Of a stretch of DNA of 64,000 nt, positions 18,607 through 29,530 are shown piece by piece. The stretch covers positions 192,001 through 256,000 of the forward strand of contig CP000071.1 of NCBI GenBank assembly GCA_000002445.1, in the 5' to 3' direction. Position 1 is the first letter of the stretch. Every line of letters starts with the position of its first letter. The notes under the pieces are model-generated. The model saw only the letters and a list, made by a program, of their open reading frames with translations. It was not told where the DNA came from and did no database searches. Both the position numbers and the translations under genes were made by a program. Source of the stretch: Trypanosoma brucei (taxonomy: Eukaryota).

Positions 18607-18666
18607 NNNNNNNNNNNNNNNNNNNNNNNNNNNNNNNNNNNNNNNNNNNNNNNNNNNNNNNNNNNN
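18607..18666. other. Assembly gap (60 N) at the upstream edge of the NOPP array
   Basis: Literal n run. The sequence after the gap is unique, not NOPP-like. Confidence 0.99.
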
Positions 18667-19317
18667 ACCTTCGCACAGCCTCTGTTGGGTGGGCAAACCT
18701 CTGGCAGAAGGGAGTGGATAAGATCTCTTGCGCCACGCACATCGTCCCACGACGTACAGTGAATATTGCCTTTCTCTTCATCCGTACTGTTGGGAAACTA
18801 AGCGCCTGCGATTATATACACCAACTCTGTGACTATTGTTGTCGGCGAAGCATCCCAGAAGGAGGTTCCTCATAAAGTTAACATTCACCTACAAATACGG
18901 CACGCTAAGGTGGGTGGTGAAGAAACGGGAAGGTCCGGTGACAGTAATTTGTCTACTTTTGAGGGAAATCACCAGATGTAACCGAACCACTTTGCATCTT
19001 TGGTGGCGGAGATCCGCATGATTCAGAGAACGCCTTTCATCGGTATTTTCGTCCCCACCTATTCAAACTATGGTTTAGCTTATCATTACTGTGGAAACCT
19101 TCTCCGTCTCGTTTTTCTAGAAACAGCAGTGTACTATGCTGTGCTTTCAGCGGGACAAGAGGTGGAGGGCCAAAGTACGTACCTTTTCAATTTATACACT
19201 ACATTATCTTGCAATGTGGGATGGTCCCACCATAATACAAGTTTTCTATTGTTTTGTTGGTGTTTTCGCGGAGCAATGACGAACCTTCACTTATTTTCGC
19301 GTTTGATCTATGCTCCC

Positions 19318-21252
19318 TCAGGTTTTCCACGTTATTGTGGAAAGCCAATTTTTGTGGTGGGCAACTATTACCTGAAGGAAACCATCCTCGACCAACAACC
19401 AAGAGAGACCAGAGATGATATTCTCTAATGGCTGGTGGGGTCGGTTGCCGTTCTCCAAGTGAACATTAGCGGTGTCGCTCCCCTCCTCTCGCTCCCGGTT
19501 GTTATCTGTGTTTTGGTCCGTCTCTCTTCTTAAATCGTCGGGTGCCTCCTCGTCAAAGTGATCTGATTCGGGGGGCCCCAATGGCACGGTACTGTGTACG
19601 GCATATGATTGTAGGTTACGGTCAAGGAGAACAACCTCATTAAGAGTTGTGCTGTGGCATAGCCAGTGACGCACAAAACTTCGCTGGTATTTCGTGTGCG
19701 AAGTCTTCTGTAGAACCGGTCCTCCCTCACAAATGAATGTTAGCGCCCCACTCGTCATGTTCCGTGCTAGAACGGTGCACACAAAGGCGGGACATGTGGC
19801 ATCGTAGGCCGCCGAGTGCCTGCACCTCCTAAACTCTTTGTAGCTTTTCGAACCACTGCCATCCTCTGTTAGCTCTGTGCTCGCCAAAACGCTCATGACT
19901 TTTCCATCTAATGTGCCAACGACCGTACCTACACTCGAATAAGTGTAGGTGGCGGAGGAAATGCCGCAGAAAAATCGCTTGGGTGGTGCCAACTCATACC
20001 CACAACCACCGTTTGTAGCGGACGCACACTTCACTACGACTGCGCGATCTTCGTACGGGGAAGAGCAAATGATAACCCCGTCAAGGCACTGCGAAAAGAG
20101 ACCTGACTTTAGCCAATAAGCACCAGAAGTTTCACTAATTTCCTCACCTCTGTTACGTCGTGCAGGGAACACCGAAGCAAGACGAGTCACCGGAAAGATA
20201 GATGATACAAGACCCGTTAGTGGAATATGGTGAACTATACCCGTACATATTCCGCAATCTTCCACATGAACGACAAGCACGCCGTGTAGAAGTGTTCCAA
20301 CAACCACAAAAGGCCGGTCAAAGATCTCGTTAACATCCAGTGGTACAACATGACGTGGAAAGGAGAATGAGGAAACGCACGATAGTACATTTGCCAGCAC
20401 TCGCGGAGCAATACTTTTACACTCAACACCAGGCCCCGTATTTATGAATACCAACCTCTCTTCACAGGGGAGGGACACCACAACACAGTTAGGAATCCGG
20501 TACAACCACAGACAACGGCAGGGGATAGAACTGAAGGAGAAAGTTCCTAGGGGGGAATGCAACGTCCCCTCCGATTCCGCTATCGGTTCACCGGTGGTCA
20601 GCGACACGTTATCGTCGTGTTGGCTGCCCGATTCTGCAAAACGGCGTACCATATCATTTACCTCCTCTACGTGTTGCAGCGTGCCGATAACTAATTGGGC
20701 ACGCGGCGATTGCGATAGCTGCACCTCGTACGGCCTCGTAGGTACTTGCCAGTACACACCTGATTCAGGCGAATCATCGTCCTCACGCCTCTCTGGTATC
20801 AACGGTAGTAGAAACCGTCGTCCCTCGGTTATAATCAACGCTATTAAACGATTCCCTCTGCGAAGACGGGGATCCCCCCGAAGCTCAGTTATTGTTGTAG
20901 GACCTATGTCCCACTGGCAGTGGTCAGTCTCAGCATCCCTTTGTGGAACGCTCTCCTCGGAAACTTTGGGCCAGCACCAACTAACGGCAAATAACGGGGT
21001 GAGGGTTGGCTTCATGGTTTGACGTACCATTTTGTCAAAGAGGAAAACCTCCTCCTCCTCATCTGGCGTTTCCACGGTGCCGCCGACACCTTCTCGGAGT
21101 GCATCGGCAACTTCTTGGCGAGGACGTGGGGAAAGTTTACGTCTACTATTCCCCCGTGCTAACTCTACAACACTCTCGCCACCGGTATCCTTAGTCATTT
21201 CAGAAGTGGCATGTGACGTACCCTTCCCCTCATTCATATCGTGTAGGGACAA
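19318..21252 (-). CDS. Hypothetical protein (644 aa) with no recognisable domain
   Basis: Uninterrupted minus-strand ORF. Its codon usage is similar to neighbouring genes, it sits on the same strand as the whole unit, and only short shadow ORFs lie opposite it. Confidence 0.6.
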   Translation of the reverse strand: MSLHDMNEGKGTSHATSEMTKDTGGESVVELARGNSRRKLSPRPRQEVADALREGVGGTVETPDEEEEVFLFDKMVRQTMKPTLTPLFAVSWCWPKVSEESVPQRDAETDHCQWDIGPTTITELRGDPRLRRGNRLIALIITEGRRFLLPLIPERREDDDSPESGVYWQVPTRPYEVQLSQSPRAQLVIGTLQHVEEVNDMVRRFAESGSQHDDNVSLTTGEPIAESEGTLHSPLGTFSFSSIPCRCLWLYRIPNCVVVSLPCEERLVFINTGPGVECKSIAPRVLANVLSCVSSFSFPRHVVPLDVNEIFDRPFVVVGTLLHGVLVVHVEDCGICTGIVHHIPLTGLVSSIFPVTRLASVFPARRNRGEEISETSGAYWLKSGLFSQCLDGVIICSSPYEDRAVVVKCASATNGGCGYELAPPKRFFCGISSATYTYSSVGTVVGTLDGKVMSVLASTELTEDGSGSKSYKEFRRCRHSAAYDATCPAFVCTVLARNMTSGALTFICEGGPVLQKTSHTKYQRSFVRHWLCHSTTLNEVVLLDRNLQSYAVHSTVPLGPPESDHFDEEAPDDLRRETDQNTDNNREREEGSDTANVHLENGNRPHQPLENIISGLSWLLVEDGFLQVIVAHHKNWLSTITWKT

Positions 21253-21735
21253 CTACTCGTGCTCGTTCAGTTTCAGCACGATACAGATATTTTATATTAC
21301 TACTCTATTTTCATGCTACGCCTCACGTGCAGAAAATTTAAAGTATACACGCGTGAAGGTAACTTACTGTCGCCTTCACAGAAAAAGAAAATGGTTTGTT
21401 CGCTCGAAGTGGTATTGTGTAGTTGAGACATTGACACATTTTAGTGAAGATACAAATATATATATATAGGTAGGTAGATATGTTCGTAGGCGTAAGGTAC
21501 ACATTAAACCTCACGCGTCAAGGCGCCTTGAACCGCAGCAGTAAGCAAAATTTATTGAAAATACAGTAAAAGTACAAGGTACAACGGAGGATCAGCAGCA
21601 AAAGACGTTCAGTGTTGGTTCACCGTCTCGCCACTGGGTTGTGCATCATGTTACTCCTCCATTTCCCATTTCCCTGGCGACGAGTGCAACCACAGTGCGC
21701 TTCTGCGGTTTCACTGATAAAACATCGGCTGCAAC

Positions 21736-24700
21736 CTACACAACTGGCGCAACCGCAACCCCAGCGAAATCTGTGTTTACTGGTGGTGCTACATTGCTGT
21801 TGAGCAACGGCGGTACAGGCAATGGCACCGGGGCAGGAACCGCAGCAACCGCGCCACCAACGGCAGAAACGAGCAGGGGGGCCGTTGCAATTTCAGGCGG
21901 CAAAGGAACAGGTGTGGGCAGTTGCTCCAGTCGCAAATTTACGGGATTAGAAGCAACTACGATGTTGTTACCTGTCGATAGCTGCGGTGACACCTGTGGA
22001 GGGAGCGGCAAACGACTCGGTGTAGCCGGCACCACTTGAACCTGTGGGGGAGAAGTTGTCGAATGAGTCGGCAAGCCTCCAACAGATTCCGGATTAAGCT
22101 GCGGTGCCACTGGCACAGGTGACTGCAAGGGCAGAATAGACGGAGCTGAGGAGTTCTCGAGTTCCCTTGTCAAGAGCGTGGGAGCCAGCGGCGTCAGCAG
22201 TGGTGTTTGCTTGTTAGGGGGTGGGTTGACTGCAACTGGTTGAATTGAGAGAGGAGTTGCAAGTGACACACCCGCTGCGGGTTTCACAACATCTAACGTA
22301 TTTTTCGAGACGGTAATTTCTTGCGCTCGCGGTGGGGACAAAGAAGCAAGAATGCGGCTTCTAACGGACATCGGGCTTGTTTGCGGCGCCACTCCAGAAA
22401 TCGACGGGGCTGATGATAGATGAACGATGTTCCCTTCTACCTGCGTACTCTTCATCTGCACCGCTTGTCTCAGAGTTGAAATATCTGAATTTAAGCTCAT
22501 AATTAATGTTTGCTTCTCCATGAGCTCTTTTTCCAATGATTTAGTAGTTGCGCAAGCTTCCAGTAACTGGTGGGTCAGTGACTCTCTCTCTTTAGTTTGG
22601 CGCGCTAGTTCAGTTTTCATCCGGTCAACTTCGCAATCTTTTTCGCGAAGCAATGCCTCCATGCTACTATTACCAACGGACAGGGCAGCAGCTGCTTGAG
22701 CCTGAAGCTGCTCACAGTGTTCCTTCCAGGACCGGGAATTTTTCTTTGCATCGTCAACCTCACCTTGCAACTCCTTCTCTCTGATCGCTGCTTCCTCAAG
22801 AAGACGTTTCAGCCGTCGTTCCTCTTCATCACGCATTCGCTGCGAGTTACTTAACCCCTCGTTTATTCCTGCAGCACGTTGCAGTGCTTCCTCCTGTTCG
22901 TGACGAAGTCTTTGGATATCGCGATCCCTGGACTGTAAGGATGCCTCAAAGTCCTGTCGCTGCTTCTCCAGTTGTTGCCTGAGTCCTAGGTTTTCCGCCG
23001 TAATTTGTGCAGCACCACATTGCTCCCGCCGTAACTCTTCAACAACACCTTGAAGTTCTTTTGCGGTACGGTCCTTCTCCGAAAGGCGCTGACTCCACAT
23101 CCGCTCGCTTTCACGTCTCACTTCCTCAATTTTCTCTCGTTGTTGTGCTAACTCCCGCTTTGTCATCTCCAGTTGTCTCTCAGACTCACGAAGTTGTTTC
23201 ACCACTTGTCCCTTTTCCCCCTCTAAAATCCGGCGAGCCTCTTCGTGGTGTTCATTCATTCGTTTGTAAACCGATTCAAAGTCTCTGGACAGTTCGTGTG
23301 CTGCAGTGCTGTCAGCGTTGTGCATGTCCCCACGCATACGCTGAATCTCACCTTCATGGGCCGCTTTGGCACGTGCAATTTCATCAACTAACTCTTGCTT
23401 CTCCTCACGTAACACACGTAATTCCGCACTCTGCTTAGCCGATAATGACTCGAGCTCACCCTGCAAAGTGTGAAGTGCATTCCGTGCTTCACCAGCTGTC
23501 CGTTCGGAATCCGTAGCACGTCGTTCCAAACGTTGCTGGGACGCCAATGCGTCTTGTAGCTGCTTCCTAACAGTACGCAACTCCTCTCGCAGCCGAGCCT
23601 CCTCTGAAGCAGCCGCTGTTGCTGCCGCTGCCTTCGTCCTCCATTGCTGAATATCCGCTTCAGCCTCTCGCTGCCGTTGCTGTTGTTCTTCCAATGTCCT
23701 TTCGAGCATCCTCAGCTGTGAATTGCACCTCTCTTCGTCCTCAGTTCGCATCCTCTCGTGCGTATTGTTGATGCGCCGCAGTTCCTCTTCAAACCACCGT
23801 TTCATGCTCAGCTTGTCATCCTCAAATGTACGTTGTAGTACTTCCACAGTCTTCCGATGCACGTCTGCAAGGGCCTCCTCTGACGACCGTGATTTTGAAC
23901 AAGATTCCTGTTTTTGTCGCACTTCGTTTAGTTGATTCACTACCTGGGAAAATATTTCCCGTGCTTCTGCAGCTTGCTGTTCACTCCTAGCTATCATTTG
24001 CCGTTTGGATTCTATGTCGTGACGCAGTGCGGCTATTTCGCTCTTGTAGGACTGGTGTAGCTGGTTTGCCTCCGCTCGGTATTCGCGTTCGCGCTCACGC
24101 ATCTCATTACATATTCGCTCCACCATCACATTGGTCGCGCTCTTCACGGTTTGCTCCACAACGTTGTGGCACTCCGATATCTCCTTTTGGCTTTGTATTC
24201 GTACCTCTGACTCCTCACGCAACCGTTGCATTGCCCTTTCATGTTGTCGCTCACGCATTCGCTCTTCCTCTTCAATATGCCGGCGTCGTTCACGCTCTAA
24301 CTCCCTCGCCCGCTCGTGCTTCCATTCTTCCAGTTCCCTTTCCTGTGCAAGGAGACGCTGTCGTTGTTCCTCTTCCCGTTTCGCACGCGACTCCTCCAGT
24401 TGTCTGGCGGTTTCGATTAGCGATTGCTGCTCCTCTTCCCGCTCATATCGCCGAGTGCGCTCTTCTTCCATACGTCGACGAGCCTCCTCTGCACGACAGA
24501 GTTGGTTATACTCATCTCGTATCTGAAACTCACGTTGAAGCAGTAAGGCCTCAGGGGTCCCTACGTTCGAGTAACCGGCACAAGTTCCCGTGCCGAGGGT
24601 AAAGAGAACGCATTTGCTGAACCCCAGCCGGCTACCGGACGCCATACGGTACGGTAGGTTTTCGCCCTGCATTCCAATGGGTGGCATAGGCTTATTCAAA

Positions 24701-24813
24701 ATGGAAGATAAAATGGACGAAGCAGTAACATCACTTTGAAGCATAGGTGGCATAACTGAAGTATACGTCTGCAAAAACCTGCCGGAAGGATGTGAAGCAA
24801 CGCAGTCTCCCAT
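21736..24813 (-). CDS. Coiled-coil protein (1025 aa): Ser/Pro-rich N-terminus, about 650 aa of E/R/Q/L-rich heptad-like sequence, and a Pro/Val/Ala-rich C-terminus
   Basis: ORF containing ...REEEQRQRLLAQERELEEWKHERARELERERRRHIEEEERMRERQHERAMQRLREESEVRIQ... and many similar segments. The C-terminal 300 aa are PVPLPPE / PAPVPLPVPPLL-type low complexity. Confidence 0.75.
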   Translation of the reverse strand: MGDCVASHPSGRFLQTYTSVMPPMLQSDVTASSILSSILNKPMPPIGMQGENLPYRMASGSRLGFSKCVLFTLGTGTCAGYSNVGTPEALLLQREFQIRDEYNQLCRAEEARRRMEEERTRRYEREEEQQSLIETARQLEESRAKREEEQRQRLLAQERELEEWKHERARELERERRRHIEEEERMRERQHERAMQRLREESEVRIQSQKEISECHNVVEQTVKSATNVMVERICNEMREREREYRAEANQLHQSYKSEIAALRHDIESKRQMIARSEQQAAEAREIFSQVVNQLNEVRQKQESCSKSRSSEEALADVHRKTVEVLQRTFEDDKLSMKRWFEEELRRINNTHERMRTEDEERCNSQLRMLERTLEEQQQRQREAEADIQQWRTKAAAATAAASEEARLREELRTVRKQLQDALASQQRLERRATDSERTAGEARNALHTLQGELESLSAKQSAELRVLREEKQELVDEIARAKAAHEGEIQRMRGDMHNADSTAAHELSRDFESVYKRMNEHHEEARRILEGEKGQVVKQLRESERQLEMTKRELAQQREKIEEVRRESERMWSQRLSEKDRTAKELQGVVEELRREQCGAAQITAENLGLRQQLEKQRQDFEASLQSRDRDIQRLRHEQEEALQRAAGINEGLSNSQRMRDEEERRLKRLLEEAAIREKELQGEVDDAKKNSRSWKEHCEQLQAQAAAALSVGNSSMEALLREKDCEVDRMKTELARQTKERESLTHQLLEACATTKSLEKELMEKQTLIMSLNSDISTLRQAVQMKSTQVEGNIVHLSSAPSISGVAPQTSPMSVRSRILASLSPPRAQEITVSKNTLDVVKPAAGVSLATPLSIQPVAVNPPPNKQTPLLTPLAPTLLTRELENSSAPSILPLQSPVPVAPQLNPESVGGLPTHSTTSPPQVQVVPATPSRLPLPPQVSPQLSTGNNIVVASNPVNLRLEQLPTPVPLPPEIATAPLLVSAVGGAVAAVPAPVPLPVPPLLNSNVAPPVNTDFAGVAVAPVV

Positions 24814-25609
24814 CTTGTTTCCTCCTCGTCCACCTTCAGCACACCTTCTCCTTTCGGCTGTTCCCCGCCGGCTAGGCCACCCTGCAGAATTTTCGCCTTC
24901 AGAACGTCTTTGTACGCCGCTACCCTTTGACAGAGAATCCTTAGATTAACGGTAAATCCGCATTGGGTTTTTTTGAAAAAAAAAAAAACAGTCGAATGAA
25001 TTTGTCGGAGCGGATAGTGAGGAAGCGACGTGGGGAAAAGGATAGAATATCATCGTCCGCAAGGGGTCACGGGCAAAATCCCCACCACAATACATGTGAG
25101 CACAAATAAGAAAATGGGAGGGTTTCACATTTCATAGTGAATGGTGGTAAGGGGGCGTCATATGCACCACAAGAGCCACTGAGAAAGGATATAACTTCAG
25201 CTTTTGTATGGTTTATTCTTACATAGAGTAAACAGAAACATCATTAATGGGAAGGAAATTATGAAACGGGTCGGCGCGTGCAAGAAAAAAAAAGTACAAC
25301 GAGGAATCGAACATCCGCGTAGAAAGGGAGCTGTCAAAAAGTGAGGATGGGGGTGGAATTGATGGGTTTTTCAGGGGGCACCCATTCAAATATTTATATA
25401 TACATGTGTGCCTGCATAAACGGACAAATAAACAAAGCGACAAAGATAAATAGATTGTGGCATAAATAAAACATATTTGCACGAACTAATAATGCGGTCA
25501 CGCTGCCCTCCTCCTTTCCCCCGCCATGCCATGCGGTACCTGGTGCAATAGTTAGCAGATGTTCTCAAACTCCCACTCCCTTCATTGAGATCCCTCAGGT
25601 AAAGGTGGA

Positions 25610-28600
25610 CTAAACGTATTTTGCGGGATCAGAAAAGCTGGATTCCCTCACCTTGCACGCCTCATCAGACACAAAGACACCCTTCCGCAGCCGCGTAAAA
25701 TCATTCGCTACGGTGACTGCGTTGGTACTCAAGCGCCGCAAGGCTTTAAGGATCCGTGATTCCACGCGGCTTTTCTCTCGGTGTTCAACACGCAGTGCAT
25801 CTTCCAGGTGACGGACTTCTCCCCTTAATTGTGCCCTAAGGCCCTCACAACTTGAGGTAAAGAGGGTGCCTACACTACTTAACAGCGTGGCATGATTCAC
25901 GCCGTCCAGCTGAAACCATGGACGAAAAGTCATGGATGAGAGCGTTTGCTGCCAGACCGCGAGAATGAACCACAACGGATTCAGCGAAGGGTGTGTGCTA
26001 CTCCACCGACAGTCAGATTCAAGTCGATTTTGTTTAGCTGATTCATTGCCAGGGGCATCACAACTACCATCGGAGAACGAAGTTACTTCACTAATTGCCG
26101 TGGAAACGGAAGTTGCTTCGTCATGTGGTACGTTCGTGATATTATCCGTCCAGCAACCCAGCGAGGAGATTAGGTCCTCAGGTTTCGCAGGTGTATATAG
26201 CAGGTCATCATTTTGGAAGTGGGACTGCAGCGGTCGTCCACAAGACAGATTCATAGCTAGCCTTAAGTCCCTTCTCTGAAGAGCACATATCCTATTCTCG
26301 CACTTGCCAAGGTACGATAACGTCCGCCCACCACACTTTACCTCATCTGTGCCAAAGAACCCCTCACCCACCAACATCAGCATAATCTGATCCTCAACAA
26401 CCGACGTGCGTAATCCAGTAACAAACGGTTCCAAACTTCCAAGCGGTTGCATGTTCAAAAGACTGCAGTTGGCTAGCTGTTCCCGCTTCGAGTCAAGTGC
26501 ATTCCAGTTTATTCGATCAGAACATTCATGCATCTTTAGTAGCGCAAACAACTGTACCAACTTCAAATCCATCACATCCCGTTGCGCTCCACAGACCTGG
26601 GCAATATCAGGTATTGCTTCAGATAGTTCTTGCATCAAATAGTTAATTATCTCAGTGTTAAAACGCGACAAACGCAACGTCAACTCCCGCTCCATTATCA
26701 CCTTGAGCTCCCTTGCATTATCCTCGACGTAGGGTATATGATGCCTCATATCTTCTGCGGTGGCAGACACTTTGGTGGCAGCAAACCCCCCTATTGTTTC
26801 CCTTCTTGTTTCCGCCACCAACTCCAAAACTACCGCATCGGCACCCTCCAGCCTCGCGCCAACTGTTTCCTTCGTTTTCGCAGCGGCAACGTTGCGAATA
26901 CGCATCGCCTGCTCCGCAATGATCGCCCTCAGTTGCTGTATCTGCTTTCGATAATCCAAACTAATGAAATGGCGATGAAGATCCCTAAACTCTGTAAGCA
27001 AACGCTTGCGTACAGCAAGCGACACGTCTGAAGGACCTGATGGAAGCGGGCACCTTCTCACGACAGGCCTCCGCTTGGTTAAGTGGTCGTCGTTCATGTC
27101 TTCATATGCCTCATCCAACAAATCTAATACTTTCCCCCAAAACGCAACAGTGACAGACTTGAACTTTCGTTGCACCACTGTTTCAAAATCTCTAACCACA
27201 ACCCGAGGTGCTGGGATCTCTTTGAAACCCCCCAATGCCTCTCTCACAACATTGTCCAGGTTCTGTACCTTTGTCAAGTTCATGCGGATGCTGCGTGAGC
27301 GTCGTGTCGCACTTTTACGTGCCCGCACAAGCACAGTACGCAGTTGGTGACACCATATTACGAGAGAGACGGCAACCCGAGTGAAAACGGAAAGTTCTGT
27401 GTTCTTTTCGAAAACCCGCACAGCGCGCAGCAGTTGCTGGGCACCCGATTTATTCCACATGCTGTTCACAGCATCATATAGCACCAACTGCTCCAGTTGT
27501 TGTGGCGGTAATTGCTCCTTCCGGTTTCCGTAATTTGCGCCGAAGACCACGCGACAGTACGCTTCCACCGCTGTCCTTGCCGATTCTTCCTCACAACTCC
27601 TATCGTTGCTGCGCGAAACACCACCACCACCGACGCCCGCGTCTGACTCCGTCAGTGCCGACGGGGAAAGGGATGGAACGCGTTCTCTGTTCTGTGAGTT
27701 TCTCGCTGGTGTTTCCTGCTTCTCTTCGGCCGCTGCAAGGCTGAGCCGTCGCAGCTTGTCGTTGTATAGGGCGGAAAGCACAGAATGCGTCGCATGACTC
27801 ACGGTACCACTGTACGGTATCACTTGCCAACTTGAGACAGCAACACCAAAAAGTTTCATCATATTCTCTTGAAAAAGTTCAATCAGTTCTGGAATGCTAG
27901 AGGCCATTGGAGGCGGGCGCTGGATAAGCTGCACATCGTTTATAGAAGCACCAGCTTCGCGCATGAGCACTGCATCGGTGAAGGTAATCACAAAAAAGGT
28001 CATATCAGCAATAAGCTGACGAATCTTTTGTGACTCACTTTCTTTGCTGGAACCTTCCATGCTTTGCCATTGGTTCTCACGAGCGGGGTGCGTCTCGTGT
28101 TTGCTAACCGCCCGACTACTGCTGAAACTGCTACTCAACATCTCAGAGGAATTGTCATCATCGATGCGTTGTGTGAAGGGGGAAAACAAGTTGCCAACAG
28201 ACTCCACCATGTGCTGCGTGCCGATCACCTCGCAGGGGACAGTGTACAGAAGACCGTCACCAAGTAACAAATCGGGGAGTTGATACGATGACATGGCCCC
28301 TCTCTCGCTCCAAACGACTTCACTCGCTAACTCTTTCAGCAACCACGGGGAGCTACGGGAAACACCTGATTGGGAAGAGTGGATGGACGAGGCATATAAC
28401 TTTTCGGACGAGCACCATGATTTACTGGGACACATGGGTAGCGTGCAACGGCGCTGCGGGCTAGGCTTGTCTCGAATTAGCGATTTCCTAGGGCTCTTCT
28501 GCAAGGCGCAAATGCGTTCTTGAATAGTCACGTCATATGCACCAGGTCTGATTGTGCTGACTCGTACCGGTGTGGGTGCCTGATAAGTGGATAATGTATC

Positions 28601-29530
28601 ACCTTCACGCTGTCTTCGGCCTCTAGAAGACGACAAATGCGAAAAGTTCACAACGCGGGAAAGTGTTCCGCTTTTAGAATCGTCTTCGGGATACTCAAAT
28701 CTCCGGAGTGCTCGTTCCTGTGTCCACAGCGAAGGAAGGACACTCGGTGTCTGACACTGCGGTGCGCCGATTTCAGGATCTCGCGGAACCACACGGAAAC
28801 TGCTGGCAGCACTAGGAATGGTGCAGCGGCCAGGCGAGTAAAGGATGCGGGGTGATGCCATACAACTCCTCTCTGTTCGGGGATCCATGGAGACACGACA
28901 AGGTTTAGTGGACGCCGCCCTGGCCCTGCTGTTCTGTGCCGCGTTCGCATCACTTATGTTAGTGGTACTACAGGCGCAGCTGCCCTTGCGGAATGAGCAC
29001 TCCTGCAGAGACATCGATGTGTATGGAGAACTAACTGTACCACATGTATTGACAGCGGGGCTATCGTCATTCTTGGTCATGGGAGAATCGTCTGAAAAGG
29101 AACATGTTGCGCAGCGAAGGAGAAAATCAGCCACGGTACTTTTTCCACTTTCCGTTGCACCAGCCACAACCATGCTGGGGAGACACCCGGAAGGGCGCCT
29201 CATCTCCTTCAGCCCCTTCATGCTGGTGTTTAAGATCTCAAGTGTACTGTTCAGTGACCGCCGCAAGCGCAGCAACTTTTCTGATGAGTCTGTGAGGAGC
29301 CCGTTGAACTCGACAGCAATGTCCATCAATCTTTTTACCCCATCCTTCACATTGGGTTGCGCGAAGTAGATGAGAGGTGAACCACCGTCTTCACTATCAG
29401 TTGACGCAGTGTGCCGTGTGGATCCTCCCATTTGCGTGGGAATCTGCGAAATGGTCTCAAAACACGTTAGTGGATGTTGTTCATCGTGGTTTTCGGTTGT
29501 GCCTGTCATTAACTCTCCACACTCTCCCAC
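25610..29530 (-). CDS. Large hypothetical protein (1306 aa) with an N-terminal dynamin-like Walker A / G1 motif
   Basis: The ORF has ...RRPSGCLPSMVVAGATESGKSTVADFLLRC... (GxxxxGKST preceded by LP-hhVVhG, as in the dynamin G1 element) near residue 120. This is followed by Ser-rich low complexity and a long alpha-helical C-terminal region. No G3/G4 motifs were confidently found by eye. Confidence 0.65.
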   Translation of the reverse strand: MGECGELMTGTTENHDEQHPLTCFETISQIPTQMGGSTRHTASTDSEDGGSPLIYFAQPNVKDGVKRLMDIAVEFNGLLTDSSEKLLRLRRSLNSTLEILNTSMKGLKEMRRPSGCLPSMVVAGATESGKSTVADFLLRCATCSFSDDSPMTKNDDSPAVNTCGTVSSPYTSMSLQECSFRKGSCACSTTNISDANAAQNSRARAASTKPCRVSMDPRTERSCMASPRILYSPGRCTIPSAASSFRVVPRDPEIGAPQCQTPSVLPSLWTQERALRRFEYPEDDSKSGTLSRVVNFSHLSSSRGRRQREGDTLSTYQAPTPVRVSTIRPGAYDVTIQERICALQKSPRKSLIRDKPSPQRRCTLPMCPSKSWCSSEKLYASSIHSSQSGVSRSSPWLLKELASEVVWSERGAMSSYQLPDLLLGDGLLYTVPCEVIGTQHMVESVGNLFSPFTQRIDDDNSSEMLSSSFSSSRAVSKHETHPARENQWQSMEGSSKESESQKIRQLIADMTFFVITFTDAVLMREAGASINDVQLIQRPPPMASSIPELIELFQENMMKLFGVAVSSWQVIPYSGTVSHATHSVLSALYNDKLRRLSLAAAEEKQETPARNSQNRERVPSLSPSALTESDAGVGGGGVSRSNDRSCEEESARTAVEAYCRVVFGANYGNRKEQLPPQQLEQLVLYDAVNSMWNKSGAQQLLRAVRVFEKNTELSVFTRVAVSLVIWCHQLRTVLVRARKSATRRSRSIRMNLTKVQNLDNVVREALGGFKEIPAPRVVVRDFETVVQRKFKSVTVAFWGKVLDLLDEAYEDMNDDHLTKRRPVVRRCPLPSGPSDVSLAVRKRLLTEFRDLHRHFISLDYRKQIQQLRAIIAEQAMRIRNVAAAKTKETVGARLEGADAVVLELVAETRRETIGGFAATKVSATAEDMRHHIPYVEDNARELKVIMERELTLRLSRFNTEIINYLMQELSEAIPDIAQVCGAQRDVMDLKLVQLFALLKMHECSDRINWNALDSKREQLANCSLLNMQPLGSLEPFVTGLRTSVVEDQIMLMLVGEGFFGTDEVKCGGRTLSYLGKCENRICALQRRDLRLAMNLSCGRPLQSHFQNDDLLYTPAKPEDLISSLGCWTDNITNVPHDEATSVSTAISEVTSFSDGSCDAPGNESAKQNRLESDCRWSSTHPSLNPLWFILAVWQQTLSSMTFRPWFQLDGVNHATLLSSVGTLFTSSCEGLRAQLRGEVRHLEDALRVEHREKSRVESRILKALRRLSTNAVTVANDFTRLRKGVFVSDEACKVRESSFSDPAKYV

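Noticed and set aside
18539-18781. 80-aa minus ORF spanning the N run
   Set aside because: It is translated across a 60-N assembly gap, so the X residues are meaningless. Only the last 8 codons (18583-18606) are real NOPP sequence.
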